Of a DNA stretch of 64,000 nucleotides, positions 51,175-61,808 are shown piece after piece. The DNA is from Methanotrichaceae archaeon (GTDB lineage Archaea > Halobacteriota > Methanosarcinia > Methanotrichales > Methanotrichaceae). How positions within the stretch are numbered: position 1 is the first letter of the stretch; every line of letters starts with the position of its first letter. The DNA is taken from positions 224,001-288,000 of the forward strand of contig CAWEXU010000004.1 of NCBI GenBank assembly GCA_963813075.1, written 5' to 3'. The position numbers and the translations under genes were made by a program. The notes beneath the pieces are model-generated. The model did no database searches. It was given only the letters and a program-made list of their open reading frames with translations, and was not told the origin of the DNA.

Positions 51175-52362
51175 CTAAGTGGAGCCGTCCCTTTCGGCCA
51201 GCTTCCACGCCTTCGGATAGGTGCCCGGCTCCATTATTACCCTTTCGGTCGCAGCCACAATTCCCGACTTTGAGGCCAGCATCTCCTCACTGGTCATATC
51301 CGCCTGGGCAATGGCCACTGCTTCTCCTTTTAGTGTAAACAGCGCCACGCCGTCGCCCCTATTGATATCCGTCTGCAGGCTTATCAGGCCCGGTGCGGCC
51401 AGGGGCGCGCCATGACATATGGCATCGACCGCATTGTCTGCTATCACCAGCCGGGGCAGATGGACCAGAGCCGCCTCCACTGGCAGAATCAACCGGCGAA
51501 GCAGGCTCTCATCCCCGCTCTCCAGATACCTTACATGGGCATCCATCAGCTGGTGCAGGGTGACCAGGGTTTCATCCTCGCGAAAAGGACCGGCCCTTGT
51601 CCGGCGCAGCTCTTCCATGTTCGCTCCCGTGCCCAGGGCCAGGCCGATATCAAAGCAGAGCTTTCTAATGTAGGTTCCAGCTTCGCAGCCCACCCTCATC
51701 AGCACATGCTGCTCTTCGATCTCCAGGATATCCAGATAGTATACGGTCCTGGTGCGCAGCTGCTTGACCACGGAGGACTTCAGGGGAGGCTTTTGCAGTA
51801 TGGGGCCGACAAACTGCCCGCAGACCTCGATGATCTGCTTTTTGGGCAGGGGCTTATGAACATGCATCAGACAGATGTACTCCTTTCCCGCCAGGAGAAG
51901 GGTATCCATAACTCTTGTTGCATCTCCCAGGAGAACAGGCAGGATGCCGGTCACCTTGGGATCGAGGGTGCCGCTATGCCCCGCCTTCTCGATCTCCAGA
52001 ATCCTCTTCACCCAGGCCACTATCTCGTGGCTGGTGGGCCCGGAGGTCTTGTCCAGATTGATCGCCCCTAAACGAAGGTGCATCTCCAGGCTTCTTTCGA
52101 GAGGCGGAGTGCCGTAAGCGGGATCGGTCTTGCCCTTCCTTTTCACCAGGATGGACCTTACCCTGTCCGATGGAAGAGCGCCCAGGCTGATAGCATCCTT
52201 GCCTTTTCCATTGAAAGATGATGAAGGCGATGAGGGCGATGAGCGGGATGGAGCAGAGGACGAATATCTCCGAGGCCCTTTTGAGGATTTATAGGGCGGC
52301 CTGGAGCTTCGATCTTCAGGCGGCGACGAACCCTCCTTTTTCGGCCTGTGGATCACTGACAC
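51175..52362 (-). CDS. cbf5: RNA-guided pseudouridine synthase Cbf5
   Basis: LDKTSGPTSH, GHSGTLDP, KEY, CEAGTYIR, ELRRT, C-terminal PUA. Confidence 0.97.
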   Translation of the reverse strand: MSVIHRPKKEGSSPPEDRSSRPPYKSSKGPRRYSSSAPSRSSPSSPSSSFNGKGKDAISLGALPSDRVRSILVKRKGKTDPAYGTPPLERSLEMHLRLGAINLDKTSGPTSHEIVAWVKRILEIEKAGHSGTLDPKVTGILPVLLGDATRVMDTLLLAGKEYICLMHVHKPLPKKQIIEVCGQFVGPILQKPPLKSSVVKQLRTRTVYYLDILEIEEQHVLMRVGCEAGTYIRKLCFDIGLALGTGANMEELRRTRAGPFREDETLVTLHQLMDAHVRYLESGDESLLRRLILPVEAALVHLPRLVIADNAVDAICHGAPLAAPGLISLQTDINRGDGVALFTLKGEAVAIAQADMTSEEMLASKSGIVAATERVIMEPGTYPKAWKLAERDGST

Positions 52363-52877
52363 TGCCTTGACCTCGCTGCCTCCAGCACAATGGCTAAAGT
52401 TACTGCCTCATTAAACCGGCCCGTATCCACCACCAGATCGTACACTGTAAGGTCATTGATATCAATATTATAGTACTTTTTGTACCTGCGAGCCTCGCTC
52501 TCCTCTCGCTGCCGCGTCTCCTGCAAGGCGTCCTCCAGCAGCTTTGACTCTCGCTTGCATATCCGCTCCGCTCTCGTCCTCAGATCGGTCTTCAGCAAAA
52601 CCTTCAGATCGGCATCCAGGAGATGGCCGGACAGCCTCCCCTCGAAGACCCCCTGTCCCTCTTTGGCTAAAGACCTCTGGGCGTCATCGATGAGATAGTC
52701 GATCTCCGGACCCTTCTCTGCCATGCGGTTCATCTCCTTGACGGAAATGTTCTTCTCGCTGGCGATCTTGCGAAAAAGCTCCCCAGAGTTGACCCAGGAG
52801 AGGCCAAGCTGGGCAGCGAGGGCCCTTGCCAGGGTGGTGGTTCCCGTGCCCGGCGAGCCGCTAATGGTGACTATCAT
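52353..52877 (-). CDS. cmk: Cytidylate kinase (archaeal)
   Basis: ITISGSPGTGTTT, EGRLSG, RYKKYYNID. Confidence 0.93.
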   Translation of the reverse strand: MIVTISGSPGTGTTTLARALAAQLGLSWVNSGELFRKIASEKNISVKEMNRMAEKGPEIDYLIDDAQRSLAKEGQGVFEGRLSGHLLDADLKVLLKTDLRTRAERICKRESKLLEDALQETRQREESEARRYKKYYNIDINDLTVYDLVVDTGRFNEAVTLAIVLEAARSRQCQ

Positions 52878-52887
52878 ATTATCATCT

Positions 52888-53496
52888 TCAGCTCATGCTC
52901 CCTATGTCCAGAGCCTTTCTGATGATCTGCGATACAGGCAATGAGCAGACGAAATACCAGTAGAACCAGTAGAGGATCGGCCCTAAAACCATATCGTTTA
53001 TATTATGCGTCCCCCAGAAGGGGAAGGTCATGCTAATTGCACCGGCGTTATGAATGTAGAAATATATCCACATGAACAGGGGAATGGATATGATGCCGAT
53101 GTAGAGCATGGGTTTGAACTGCATCTGCATCATCTTGCCCTGCTCTGAGACCATCTTCATCTGCTCAGTCTGCAAAGATTGAATCTTGGCCTGATCACCA
53201 GCCAGCTGAGCGGCCTTCATATTGGTCTGCAGAGATCTCATCTTCTCCTGCTGGCGGCGCATAAAATCCCAGTCCATGGTGTACTTCTGAACCAGGCTGG
53301 CATAAAGGCCGGTTATGGCCGCCAGGATGAAGAGGATAACCGGAAAGGACAGCCCCGTTCCTGGCAGCCATCCCAGCAAGAGGTTCATGACCTCTCCTAA
53401 TAGATTCCTATAATCCTCGATCATCACCCCGAAAAAAAGGAGGATGCCCAGGACTAGGGCTGCTCTATCGAGCGTACTGGACATGGATCGATTCAT
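52888..53496 (-). CDS. DUF106 / EMC3-TMCO1 (Oxa1 superfamily) membrane protein
   Basis: TM + coiled coil + QFKPM..WFYWYFVCS; conserved position after secY. Confidence 0.92.
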   Translation of the reverse strand: MNRSMSSTLDRAALVLGILLFFGVMIEDYRNLLGEVMNLLLGWLPGTGLSFPVILFILAAITGLYASLVQKYTMDWDFMRRQQEKMRSLQTNMKAAQLAGDQAKIQSLQTEQMKMVSEQGKMMQMQFKPMLYIGIISIPLFMWIYFYIHNAGAISMTFPFWGTHNINDMVLGPILYWFYWYFVCSLPVSQIIRKALDIGSMS

Positions 53497-55106
53497 GCGG
53501 AAGCTCCAAAGAACTTCTGCATCATCGGGTACATCTCCTGAATCTGCTCACTGGCTATCTGCTCATACAGCCTGTATACTATGCTCACCGCCAAAAGCAG
53601 ACCGGTACCACCAGCACCACCCAGTGTTCCCAGGAGGCTGGCAATCAGGGTCAGGACCCCAATGATCACTCCGCCGATCACAGTTACCTTTGGAATGTAC
53701 CGCTCCATCAGCTTCTCAATGGAGGCGGGGTTTCTCCTGTAGCCAGGAACCTGCAATCCAGAGTTATGGATCTTGGCAGCGACGCTCTTGGGCCCCATTC
53801 CGGTGGTTTCAATCCAGAATATGGCGAACAGAATGCCGCCGATGATCAGGAAAGCAGAGTCTGTGAGCACATGCAAGAGGATCTGCCAGCCGGCTATGGG
53901 CGAGAATCCAAGTTCCGTCATCCCTGCGGTGGAGGTGGTCACCATGCTGGGAATCCAGTCACTCGGCCCACCGATGGGTGAGAGGTAATACATGAGCCCC
54001 GACACCGGCTGGGGAGACGATCCGCTGATGGCCGCACCGGAGGCAGAATCAAACTGGGACTGGGATATGAAATTGCCCAGGAGGCTGGAGTAGCCGGTGT
54101 AGACCGTGGTCACTCCCTCGCCGGTTACAGTAGCGGAGGAGACTGTTCCAAGCCTGGACGAAAGCAATGCCCCCAGCATCTCGATGTTGGCCTGAATGGC
54201 CCTCACCAGAATCATGGGAAGGACTGATGCATAGACCAGCTTCACCGGGAAGCGGCCTCTAGCACCGCGCACCCGGCTGTGAGCCAGAGGTATCTCAATT
54301 CTTGTCGACTCCACCAGCACGACCAGCAATATGATCAGAATGGTGGATATCAGAGCCAGAATTCCGCCGGTGATGAAGATGAACCGCAGGCCCTCAGAGG
54401 TGAAGAGAGTATCAAAGCTGATCAGTTGCAGCCTGATGATATCAATCCACTTGGGAATGATCCCTACAGAGAGTCCGGCGTCGCCAGTTGCCGGATTGAT
54501 CAGACCGGTGACCAGCTGCTGGCTGATTCCCGCCACGATGAACAGGCCCACGCCCGATCCTACGCCCCACTTGGATACTACCTCATCCATATAGACGATA
54601 AGAGAGCCGCCTATAAAGACCTGGATAAATATTAATAAAGATATTACGCCCAGGGAGACGCCTAAAGCGCTCGCAACATTTGCATCTGGCAATAGATAGC
54701 CGCCCAGAACCTGGGGCAAGCCCTCCACTGCCACCATCAGAAAGACCAGAGCCTTTTGCGTGCCCTGATAGATGGCCTGATCCCGGGGGTCGCTCAGGTT
54801 AAGCTTGATTATATCCGCGCCCACCAGAAGCTGAAGCACAATGGATGCCGTAACGATTGGGCCGATACCCAAAAGCATCATCGTTCCGAAGGACCCGGCA
54901 AAAAAGGCACGATACGAGCTGAAAAGATCTATAGATGCTGCGGAAAGCCCAAAGAGGGGTATATTTCCAAGGATGAAATACAGGAGCAGTATGGCAAGAG
55001 TCCAGGTTAGCTTTCTCTTAAAATGGACGTGCCCTGTGGGCCGCTCCACCGATGGGAGCCGGCGCACAAAGGGCTCTATCGCATAAAAGAAACTCTGCTG
55101 GTTCAT
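53493..55106 (-). CDS. secY: Preprotein translocase SecY
   Basis: LGIGPIVTASIVLQLL, KWGVGSGVGLFI, YASVLP, RYIP, GTGLLLAV. Confidence 0.98.
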   Translation of the reverse strand: MNQQSFFYAIEPFVRRLPSVERPTGHVHFKRKLTWTLAILLLYFILGNIPLFGLSAASIDLFSSYRAFFAGSFGTMMLLGIGPIVTASIVLQLLVGADIIKLNLSDPRDQAIYQGTQKALVFLMVAVEGLPQVLGGYLLPDANVASALGVSLGVISLLIFIQVFIGGSLIVYMDEVVSKWGVGSGVGLFIVAGISQQLVTGLINPATGDAGLSVGIIPKWIDIIRLQLISFDTLFTSEGLRFIFITGGILALISTILIILLVVLVESTRIEIPLAHSRVRGARGRFPVKLVYASVLPMILVRAIQANIEMLGALLSSRLGTVSSATVTGEGVTTVYTGYSSLLGNFISQSQFDSASGAAISGSSPQPVSGLMYYLSPIGGPSDWIPSMVTTSTAGMTELGFSPIAGWQILLHVLTDSAFLIIGGILFAIFWIETTGMGPKSVAAKIHNSGLQVPGYRRNPASIEKLMERYIPKVTVIGGVIIGVLTLIASLLGTLGGAGGTGLLLAVSIVYRLYEQIASEQIQEMYPMMQKFFGASA

Positions 55107-55480
55107 ACCACTACTGCCTGACCACCAGCAGCCTCGATCTTGCTCTTAGCCGTGGCGGTGAATCCCAAAGCCTTAACCTCCAGCTTCCGGGTTACCCTGC
55201 CTCGTCCGAGAACCTTCAATTCATTGATCTCAACCTTGCCGTCCGGGCCGGCCAGCTGATCCAGCTCATCGACATTGACCACATCGATCTCCTCGGCCAG
55301 GGGCAGCCGGACGAAACCGTGCTTGCCCATATCGGTGCCCAGAAGTATGGATCGCATGAAGTGATGCTTGCATTTGCCTGAATCTCCACGGCCGCCGCGG
55401 GTTCCCCCTCCGCGCATATTCTTGTGCTTGCCGTGGTAGGTCCTGTGACCTCTCTTTTCTTTGGTCTTTGGTCTAACCAT
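55103..55480 (-). CDS. rpl15: 50S ribosomal protein uL15
   Basis: RGGGTRGGRG, GKHGF, KVLGRG, KIEAAGG. Confidence 0.96.
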   Translation of the reverse strand: MVRPKTKEKRGHRTYHGKHKNMRGGGTRGGRGDSGKCKHHFMRSILLGTDMGKHGFVRLPLAEEIDVVNVDELDQLAGPDGKVEINELKVLGRGRVTRKLEVKALGFTATAKSKIEAAGGQAVVV

Positions 55481-55486
55481 TTTTCT

Positions 55487-55942
55487 CTACCTCATCCTCT
55501 TGATAAGATCCGCTAAATCCTGGTGGAATCCCAGATCCCCACCCTGTTGTGCGGTCTTCTTGGTAGTCCTTAAGCCCTTCCGAGCAGGGTGCAGCCTGAA
55601 GAGGGGCTTGATTTGCAGATCTTTCAGACTGGCAGAGCCGGAGTTGATGGCTTCAGCCAGTTCCTTAAAAGATGAGTAAGGTGTGTTCTCCTTTAAATAC
55701 TGCTCTGTCAGGCGGCGGTTAGCGCTAAGCCTGCCTCTTCTTTCTAAGAGCATGGCAAGAGTATCATCATCTATCTTGCCCCAGGCCACATAGTCCTTGA
55801 CCTTCTGGATCATACCCCGGTAATGGGGGTCTTCTTTGACCACCACGCAGTGGTTGACCCTATGAACATGGAGCATCGCCAGGGTATCCTTGATCTCTGG
55901 CCTGACGTTCACCTCACCTCTCAATCTCACTATGGCAAACAT
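55487..55942 (-). CDS. rpl30p: 50S ribosomal protein uL30
   Basis: AIVRLRG, KVKDYVAWG, FRLHPARKG. Confidence 0.96.
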   Translation of the reverse strand: MFAIVRLRGEVNVRPEIKDTLAMLHVHRVNHCVVVKEDPHYRGMIQKVKDYVAWGKIDDDTLAMLLERRGRLSANRRLTEQYLKENTPYSSFKELAEAINSGSASLKDLQIKPLFRLHPARKGLRTTKKTAQQGGDLGFHQDLADLIKRMR

Positions 55943-55944
55943 AT

Positions 55945-56568
55945 TCAGGTCCTCACTGTTATGGTGTTTATGAGCGCATTATATGTCGCTTTAGCGAAGT
56001 TGATGGTGGTCCTGGTGGAGCCTGCCGTCCTGGTCCAGACGTCCTTGATCCCGGCCATGTCCATGACCTTCTTGCTCGTATCTCCAGCAGCTATGCCCAG
56101 GCCGCGAGGCGCGGGGATGAGCACTACCCGGACGCTTCCGGACTCGCCCACCACCTGATAGGGCACAGTGTGAGGCTGGCCGCAACCGCATTCCCAACTG
56201 CCGCAGCCCCGGTTCACCTTCATGATGTTCCTCTTGGCGTTATCGATACCCTTTTTGATGGCTTTTCCCACCTGGACATCCTTTCCCTCGCCAAGGCCAA
56301 TGTAGCCGTCTCTGTTGCCCACAATGACTGTGGTCCTGAACTTGACCCTCCTTCCGGAGTCAGTCATCCTCTGAACCATATTGATATCCAGAACCTCGTC
56401 CTCTAGCCCTGGTATGAGCGCATCTATCAGTCCTGCCTCTTTTATGGGCAGGCCGGATGCGATGGCCTCATCGAAAGTGGTTACCTGCCCCTCGAAGACC
56501 AGCTTTCCCAGCCTGGTCTTGGGGATCCACTCCTCTTGGTAGAAATCGCGTTTCTTCTTCTGATCCAT
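55945..56568 (-). CDS. rps5: 30S ribosomal protein uS5
   Basis: [33 protein letters not shown]. Confidence 0.97.
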   Translation of the reverse strand: MDQKKKRDFYQEEWIPKTRLGKLVFEGQVTTFDEAIASGLPIKEAGLIDALIPGLEDEVLDINMVQRMTDSGRRVKFRTTVIVGNRDGYIGLGEGKDVQVGKAIKKGIDNAKRNIMKVNRGCGSWECGCGQPHTVPYQVVGESGSVRVVLIPAPRGLGIAAGDTSKKVMDMAGIKDVWTRTAGSTRTTINFAKATYNALINTITVRT

Positions 56569-56572
56569 ACAC

Positions 56573-57091
56573 TCACCCCAGTATCTTCTCCCTGGCAGCC
56601 TCGAACTGGGCTACAGTGTCATTTCCTTTGTAGCTTTTAATGTGCTCGCCTCGGATCCTCTCCTCATCCGGGAAGATCTCGGGGCTGTGGGGCACATCCA
56701 CTCCGGCATCTACAACCCCTTTTATGGCGGCGTAGATCCTGTTTCCTTTGGTGGAGGCATGCAGCCCAATGTCTGGTATTCCTCCGTCCACCCCCAGAGC
56801 GAGCATCTTCTTGCCGAAGAGCAGGCCTGTCAGGTATGCTGCCGGCAGATTGCCAACAGCGGTAGAGAATCCAAAGTCTCTAAGCTCCCGTGAGTTCACT
56901 GTCAGAAGGGTCTTGTCTCCTTCCAGCTCTGCCACAACCAACTGCAGAGTGGTGCTGGCATTGCTCTTCCTGACTACAACTCTCGGTCTCTTGGATAAGA
57001 GTAGCTTATATCTTACATGATAGTTGGTCCTGCCCTCTTTCCTTCTTCGGAGGGGGACCTTATATCTTGGTCCTGTTGCCAAGTCACTCAC
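56573..57091 (-). CDS. rpl18: 50S ribosomal protein uL18
   Basis: [27 protein letters not shown]. Confidence 0.97.
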   Translation of the reverse strand: MSDLATGPRYKVPLRRRKEGRTNYHVRYKLLLSKRPRVVVRKSNASTTLQLVVAELEGDKTLLTVNSRELRDFGFSTAVGNLPAAYLTGLLFGKKMLALGVDGGIPDIGLHASTKGNRIYAAIKGVVDAGVDVPHSPEIFPDEERIRGEHIKSYKGNDTVAQFEAAREKILG

Positions 57092-57545
57092 CCCGGGCGA
57101 GGCTCTTGGCCTTAATATAGGAGTTCATATGCGCAGTGCTCCTGTACTCGCCGCCTTTCGATTTGCGATATAGCAGGCGGTATGCATGCCGGTCAATCTG
57201 GCCGGAATCCCGCAATTCCCTGAGCCTCTTTCGGAGAGCCCGAATCTTGGTCATCCACAGCTCTTTTCTTGGGCTTCGAGCACCCTTGGCTCCCCTCCGG
57301 TGTCCATGCCCCTTACAGTGTCCATAGGCTCTCTTGAGATTCTTGGCCCGGATTCTGCCCCGGCTGTTGCCTTTCTTTGGCTTGGCCTTGATGTTGCCCT
57401 CGCTGATCTGAGAGCGGATATCTTCCCGGGTGATGGCATCGCTCAAAGTTCCTGCCACCTCGGGATCGGGGTTGATCCAGACCCGGCTTTCGCCGATCTT
57501 CAGCTCAGAAGCCGCCAGACGACGCTGGGTAGTAAGTCCCGGCAT
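57084..57545 (-). CDS. rpl19e: 50S ribosomal protein eL19
   Basis: QRRLAA, RVWINP, AITREDIR, WMTKIRALR. Confidence 0.97.
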   Translation of the reverse strand: MPGLTTQRRLAASELKIGESRVWINPDPEVAGTLSDAITREDIRSQISEGNIKAKPKKGNSRGRIRAKNLKRAYGHCKGHGHRRGAKGARSPRKELWMTKIRALRKRLRELRDSGQIDRHAYRLLYRKSKGGEYRSTAHMNSYIKAKSLARGE

Positions 57546-57548
57546 ATT

Positions 57549-57923
57549 CTAGGCACCTCCTTTGGGATTGAGCACCTTCAGGCCCATCTCTGCAGCCTTG
57601 GACTGGATTTCCAGCCTCTTTTTCATGCCCACTGCGGAGGCTATGCGCACCGCGCAGCCTTCTGCACCGGCCAGCTCTGCCACATTGTTCACTCTGACCT
57701 CAGCCAGCCCGCTGGGATGATACCCCCTGACGGCGGTTGGGCTTCCATAGCCAGGTTTGACCGTCCTGCCTTTAGCAGCTATATGCTGCCGGAGCTTATT
57801 GTGCAGGCCGCGAGGCTTTCGCCAGCTGGTGGTAAGCTTCTTCTTTTTATGTGAATCATGAAAGTTGAACTCGGGCTTTTTGGACTTTTGCCTGGTTCTG
57901 ACTCTTAGCAATCTTTCTGCCAT
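57549..57923 (-). CDS. rpl32e: 50S ribosomal protein eL32
   Basis: KKPEF, WRKPRGLHNK, GYGSP, HPSG. Confidence 0.97.
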   Translation of the reverse strand: MAERLLRVRTRQKSKKPEFNFHDSHKKKKLTTSWRKPRGLHNKLRQHIAAKGRTVKPGYGSPTAVRGYHPSGLAEVRVNNVAELAGAEGCAVRIASAVGMKKRLEIQSKAAEMGLKVLNPKGGA

Positions 57924-57929
57924 CCGAAT

Positions 57930-58460
57930 TCACCTCTTTTCGGTCAGGTATACCCCATCCTGGAATATCCTGATATCGAAGCCATGCACCCTGGTCGCCT
58001 GCTCGATATTGGCCATGGTCTGGCCAACATGCTCCTTGTCGATGCCTGTTATCACGACTTCGTCTTTGCCTATCTCGACCTTGGTTCCTGGCAGAACCCG
58101 AGCAGATCGAGACTTCCTCTCGCCGAGGAAGTTGTTTATGATCAGCTCGTCGGAAGCGGCCTTGAGCTGGATGGGGAAGTGGGAGTACACGACCTTCATC
58201 CTGTACTCATATCCTTTTGTAACGCCAACAATCATGTTGTTTATGTGAGAGGCCAGCGTTCCCACCATTGCTCTGTGGCGCTTGCGATCGACCCTGGAAT
58301 TCACGACTACCTGAAGATCCTCTTTGCGAATCTCCAGATCGGGATAGGAGAGCGTCCGGGATATCTCGCCTTTCGGTCCCTTAACCGTGACGACATTCCT
58401 GTCCACGGAGACTGTAACTCCTTCCGGGATCTCTACCTGTCGCGCAATCTCTTTGACCAT
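57930..58460 (-). CDS. rpl6: 50S ribosomal protein uL6
   Basis: IPEGV, VKGPKG, YSHFP, NFLGE, RIFQDGVY; start at MVKEIA. Confidence 0.97.
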   Translation of the reverse strand: MVKEIARQVEIPEGVTVSVDRNVVTVKGPKGEISRTLSYPDLEIRKEDLQVVVNSRVDRKRHRAMVGTLASHINNMIVGVTKGYEYRMKVVYSHFPIQLKAASDELIINNFLGERKSRSARVLPGTKVEIGKDEVVITGIDKEHVGQTMANIEQATRVHGFDIRIFQDGVYLTEKR

Positions 58461-58468
58461 CAGACCAC

Positions 58469-58867
58469 CTAATATACATACGCCAGGAGCTGTCCGCCCA
58501 GGGACTGTGCTCTGGCATCGGAGTGGGCCATGACCCCTTTGTTGGTGCTCAGTATCAGCACCCCAAAGTTCTTGGCAGGGAGGAATCTCTTCTCCCACTT
58601 CTCCATCTCCGTAGCCTTGGTGGAAAACCGCGGCTTGATGACACCACAGCGGTTGATCCTCCCCAGGAGCTTTACCCGGAACATTCCTGACTTTCCATCA
58701 TCGATAAACTCAAACTCGCCGATGTATCCCCGATCCGCCATAACCTTCAGGGCCCTTCCTATGACCTTGGAGGCGGGATGGATGATACATTCAGGCTTGC
58801 CTACGCTCTCCGCATTCTTTATTACGGACATTGCATCGGCCAGTGGATCCAATAACACTGCAACCAC
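58469..58867 (-). CDS. rps8: 30S ribosomal protein uS8
   Basis: [33 protein letters not shown]. Confidence 0.97.
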   Translation of the reverse strand: MVAVLLDPLADAMSVIKNAESVGKPECIIHPASKVIGRALKVMADRGYIGEFEFIDDGKSGMFRVKLLGRINRCGVIKPRFSTKATEMEKWEKRFLPAKNFGVLILSTNKGVMAHSDARAQSLGGQLLAYVY

Positions 58868-59020
58868 CTACGAATACTTTTCAAATCCCATTTCAGGGGC
58901 GATCTCTCGGAAGCACTGCCGGCAAAGGTAAATACCGTACTTTCTTACCAGGCCGTTTTTGCGGCTGCAACGTTTGCAAACGTTAGCTCCTCTTCCATAG
59001 ACTCTCTTGCCTTTCTTCAT
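58868..59020 (-). CDS. rps14: 30S ribosomal protein uS14 (zinc-binding)
   Basis: Below ORF cutoff; [50 protein letters not shown]. Confidence 0.97.
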   Translation of the reverse strand: MKKGKRVYGRGANVCKRCSRKNGLVRKYGIYLCRQCFREIAPEMGFEKYS

Positions 59021-59532
59021 GCTGCCTCCAAGACCTCAATGCCGAACTTTTTCTTGACGAACTCCACAGTATCGCCTTTGCCCAGCCTCTGCCTGCCTGG
59101 CAGCTTCTTCTGGGCCACCCTTCGCCTGGCTATTCTATAGCCGGCCCTCTTCAGGGCTACGGATACATCCATGCCGAAGATTCCGATCTCCGGGTCATAT
59201 CTCATCCCTGGAAAGTCGGTGTGCTCCTCGATCCCGAAGGAGAAGTTGCCCTGCTCGTCAAACTGGCTTTTTCTCAGGCTGTTGCCCGCGGCTTTGAAGG
59301 CTAAGACCAGAAAGTCCTCTGCCGCCTTGCCCCGCAGGGTCAGCTTTGCCCCAATGGGCTCATTCTTTTTGATATTGAACGTGGGCAGAGTCTTTTTGGC
59401 CATAGAGCGGACTGGATGCTGATGGGTTATTGCCTTCATGATCGTCTCCGCGTTCACCAGCCTCTGGCCGCTCTCTCCTACCCCCACATGCACGACGACT
59501 TTGTCGATGCGGGGCTCGAGCATAACATTCAT
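59017..59532 (-). CDS. rpl5: 50S ribosomal protein uL5
   Basis: [37 protein letters not shown]. Confidence 0.97.
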   Translation of the reverse strand: MNVMLEPRIDKVVVHVGVGESGQRLVNAETIMKAITHQHPVRSMAKKTLPTFNIKKNEPIGAKLTLRGKAAEDFLVLAFKAAGNSLRKSQFDEQGNFSFGIEEHTDFPGMRYDPEIGIFGMDVSVALKRAGYRIARRRVAQKKLPGRQRLGKGDTVEFVKKKFGIEVLEAA

Positions 59533-60234
59533 CTGGTAGCCCCCAGCTTGATGACGGGACTGTCTGTTCCGATCATATAGACGTACTCCTCGATGGTCTC
59601 GAACTCCTTATCACCGGATATTATGACCCGGTTGGGCTGGGAGCTCTTCACCTTTATGATCTCCTTAATCATGCCCATCTGACCGCTATGCTTTCCGCCC
59701 ACGACCATGGCCAGGTTGCCGACCTTGAACTCGATCCGTTCGTCGATGCTCTTTTCCGGTATGGATAGGACCAGAGAGTCGCCCACCTTATAGTCGCCTT
59801 CGGCCAGCTTATTCGAGCCATCGGAGAGGTTGAGCTGCTGCTTGTTGCCCTTGAGGACGGTCTTGTTCTCAATCCGGGCCAGCTTTCTTGCTGCTCCCGG
59901 CTCAAGGAGGCTCAGATAGAACATCCCTTTCTCGTCTTTCAGCATTCTGTACTGCTGGTCAAGGAGTGGCAGGCCGATCACATCGAATATCCCTATAGGG
60001 AGCTTGTGGTCCTTCTGGGACTTGCCGTCCACCAGGACCTTGCCCTCATAAAGGACCCTTTTGGCCTCACGGGCATTATCAACCAGCTTGAGCATATCTC
60101 TGATCACCATCAAGAGAGGCATGCTCTCCTGAGATGAATGAGGGCCCCGGGCTGCTCTTGGCCACCCAAACGCTGGTCTTTCTGGCCACCGGCCAGCTAA
60201 CCGGGATAGTTAGTCTCTTCTGATGTCGGCTCAA
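59529..60234 (-). CDS. rps4e: 30S ribosomal protein eS4, +1 frameshift near 60142-60148
   Basis: N-terminus [22 protein letters not shown] from TTG 60234; PHSSQESMPLL continues in the next frame. Confidence 0.95.
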
Positions 60235-60589
60235 GCAGATCGCCTCTCGAATATTTTCTCCCTCTCTGCATCCTCAAGCTCGAGCTTGACGATAATCACA
60301 TTAGAGGGGTGAATGGTCCTGGGTACTTCAGTTCCATCGGCACGGTAGTTGCTCACTCCCGCCACCTTTATGGTGCATCTCTTGATATCTACATCCTCGA
60401 CTGCACCTTCAGTGCCGGCGTGATCTCCACGCACAACCTTCACTGTGTCTCCCTTGCGGATCTGGGCATTGCGCTTCTAAGCTCTTCACGCAGGGCCCGG
60501 CTCAAGGGTGCATGCATGTATTTTTGACGCCTGTGCAGCGGTGCGGTGTACCTCTCCTTCCGCTGCTTTCTGGGCTGTTTCGTAATCAT
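60231..60589 (-). CDS. rpl24: 50S ribosomal protein uL24, one base missing near 60479
   Basis: [20 protein letters not shown] then [18 protein letters not shown] in another frame. Confidence 0.95.
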
Positions 60590-60596
60590 AAAATCA

Positions 60597-60995
60597 TCAC
60601 ACAATTATGGATGCGGCTGAGGCTATCTTGCCGAACCTCTCCGCTACCTCACGGGCTACAGGTCCCTTGACCTCTGATCCCTTGGGCACGCCCTCATCGT
60701 CCACTATGACGGCGGCGTTATCCTCGAACTTCACTCTGAGGCCGTCGGGCCTGCGAAACTCCTTTCTCTGGCGGATGATGACTGCTTTGAAGATCTGCTT
60801 TCTCATATCAGGAGTTCCTTTTTTGACAGACACGATCACTGTATCCCCGATTCCTGCGCAGGGCTGTCTATTTTTCACGCCTCGGTAATTCTTTACCGCG
60901 ATTACGTGTAGCGTCCGCGCACCTGTATTGTCTACACAATCCAGGTATGCGCCAGTGTTGATCGCCCTTGGGATCTTGGCCTTCTGTCCTCTCAT
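60597..60995 (-). CDS. rpl14: 50S ribosomal protein uL14
   Basis: DNTGA, SVKKG, FEDNAAV, GPVAREV. Confidence 0.97.
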   Translation of the reverse strand: MRGQKAKIPRAINTGAYLDCVDNTGARTLHVIAVKNYRGVKNRQPCAGIGDTVIVSVKKGTPDMRKQIFKAVIIRQRKEFRRPDGLRVKFEDNAAVIVDDEGVPKGSEVKGPVAREVAERFGKIASAASIIV

Positions 60996-61321
60996 TTCAA
61001 GACCTCCACTACCACATAGGATTTGGTCTTGGAGAGGGGCCGACACTCCGCTATTTTGACACGATCTCCTACCTTGGCTTCAAGGCATGGAGGATTGTGC
61101 GCATGGATCTTGGACTGCCTCTTCTCAAATCGTTCATACTTCGTTGCTTTCTTTTCAAACTTGCGCATAACTACCACGGTGTTATCCATCTTGTCGCTGA
61201 CCACAGTGCAGCTAAAGACCTGGCCGCGTACAGGAAGGGTACCATGGAAGGGACACTTGGGATCGTCGCACTCCTTTTCCGGTGGGGCCACGTCCAGTCC
61301 GATATCCCTCATAATTTCCAC
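60992..61321 (-). CDS. rps17: 30S ribosomal protein uS17
   Basis: [27 protein letters not shown]. Confidence 0.97.
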   Translation of the reverse strand: MEIMRDIGLDVAPPEKECDDPKCPFHGTLPVRGQVFSCTVVSDKMDNTVVVMRKFEKKATKYERFEKRQSKIHAHNPPCLEAKVGDRVKIAECRPLSKTKSYVVVEVLK

Positions 61322-61602
61322 CTCGTCTTTTGCATTCTCTTGCTTATTCTGTTCTCAGGCTGTGAGATCAAAACCGAGCCCGCGACCCTCGCCCTCTGGC
61401 CGTCAGGCAGGGTGAAGGTCAGGCTGGCATTCTTTTTTGGAATGCGCAAGACCTTGCGCTCCGTCTCCAAAAGGAATGTGTTTCGGGTTTCGTCCACAAT
61501 CCTTCCTTCAAGCCCGACGATACCTGGCTCGCTATTCGATTCGACCTGAACATCCAGGCCGATCAGCTCGTGCCTCGCCAGGTTCGCGGGGTTGAGTCTC
61601 AC
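61309..61602 (-). CDS. rnp1: Ribonuclease P protein Rpp29
   Basis: [23 protein letters not shown]. Confidence 0.95.
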   Translation of the reverse strand: MRLNPANLARHELIGLDVQVESNSEPGIVGLEGRIVDETRNTFLLETERKVLRIPKKNASLTFTLPDGQRARVAGSVLISQPENRISKRMQKTRWKL

Positions 61603-61808
61603 TTCCTTCGCTCCGTCTGGACCGTCTTGATCCGGGCGATCGTCCTGCGGATGTCTTTGATTCTCCCCGGCTTCTCCGGGGCGCCACCGGCAGTGACAAC
61701 GCCTCTCTCGCGGATGAGCTCATTTTCGAGCTTATGCAGCTCCTCTGATATCTCTTCCGCATTCATGTTTCTGATCTCATCAATCTTGAAGATGGCCATT
61801 TGAATCAC
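61599..61808 (-). CDS. rpl29: 50S ribosomal protein uL29
   Basis: [27 protein letters not shown]. Confidence 0.96.
   Translation of the reverse strand: MIQMAIFKIDEIRNMNAEEISEELHKLENELIRERGVVTAGGAPEKPGRIKDIRRTIARIKTVQTERRK

Noticed and set aside
51175..55106. Absence of adk, eL34 and eL14 around secY-cmk
   Set aside because: Gene content here varies among euryarchaea; cannot be judged as loss from one window
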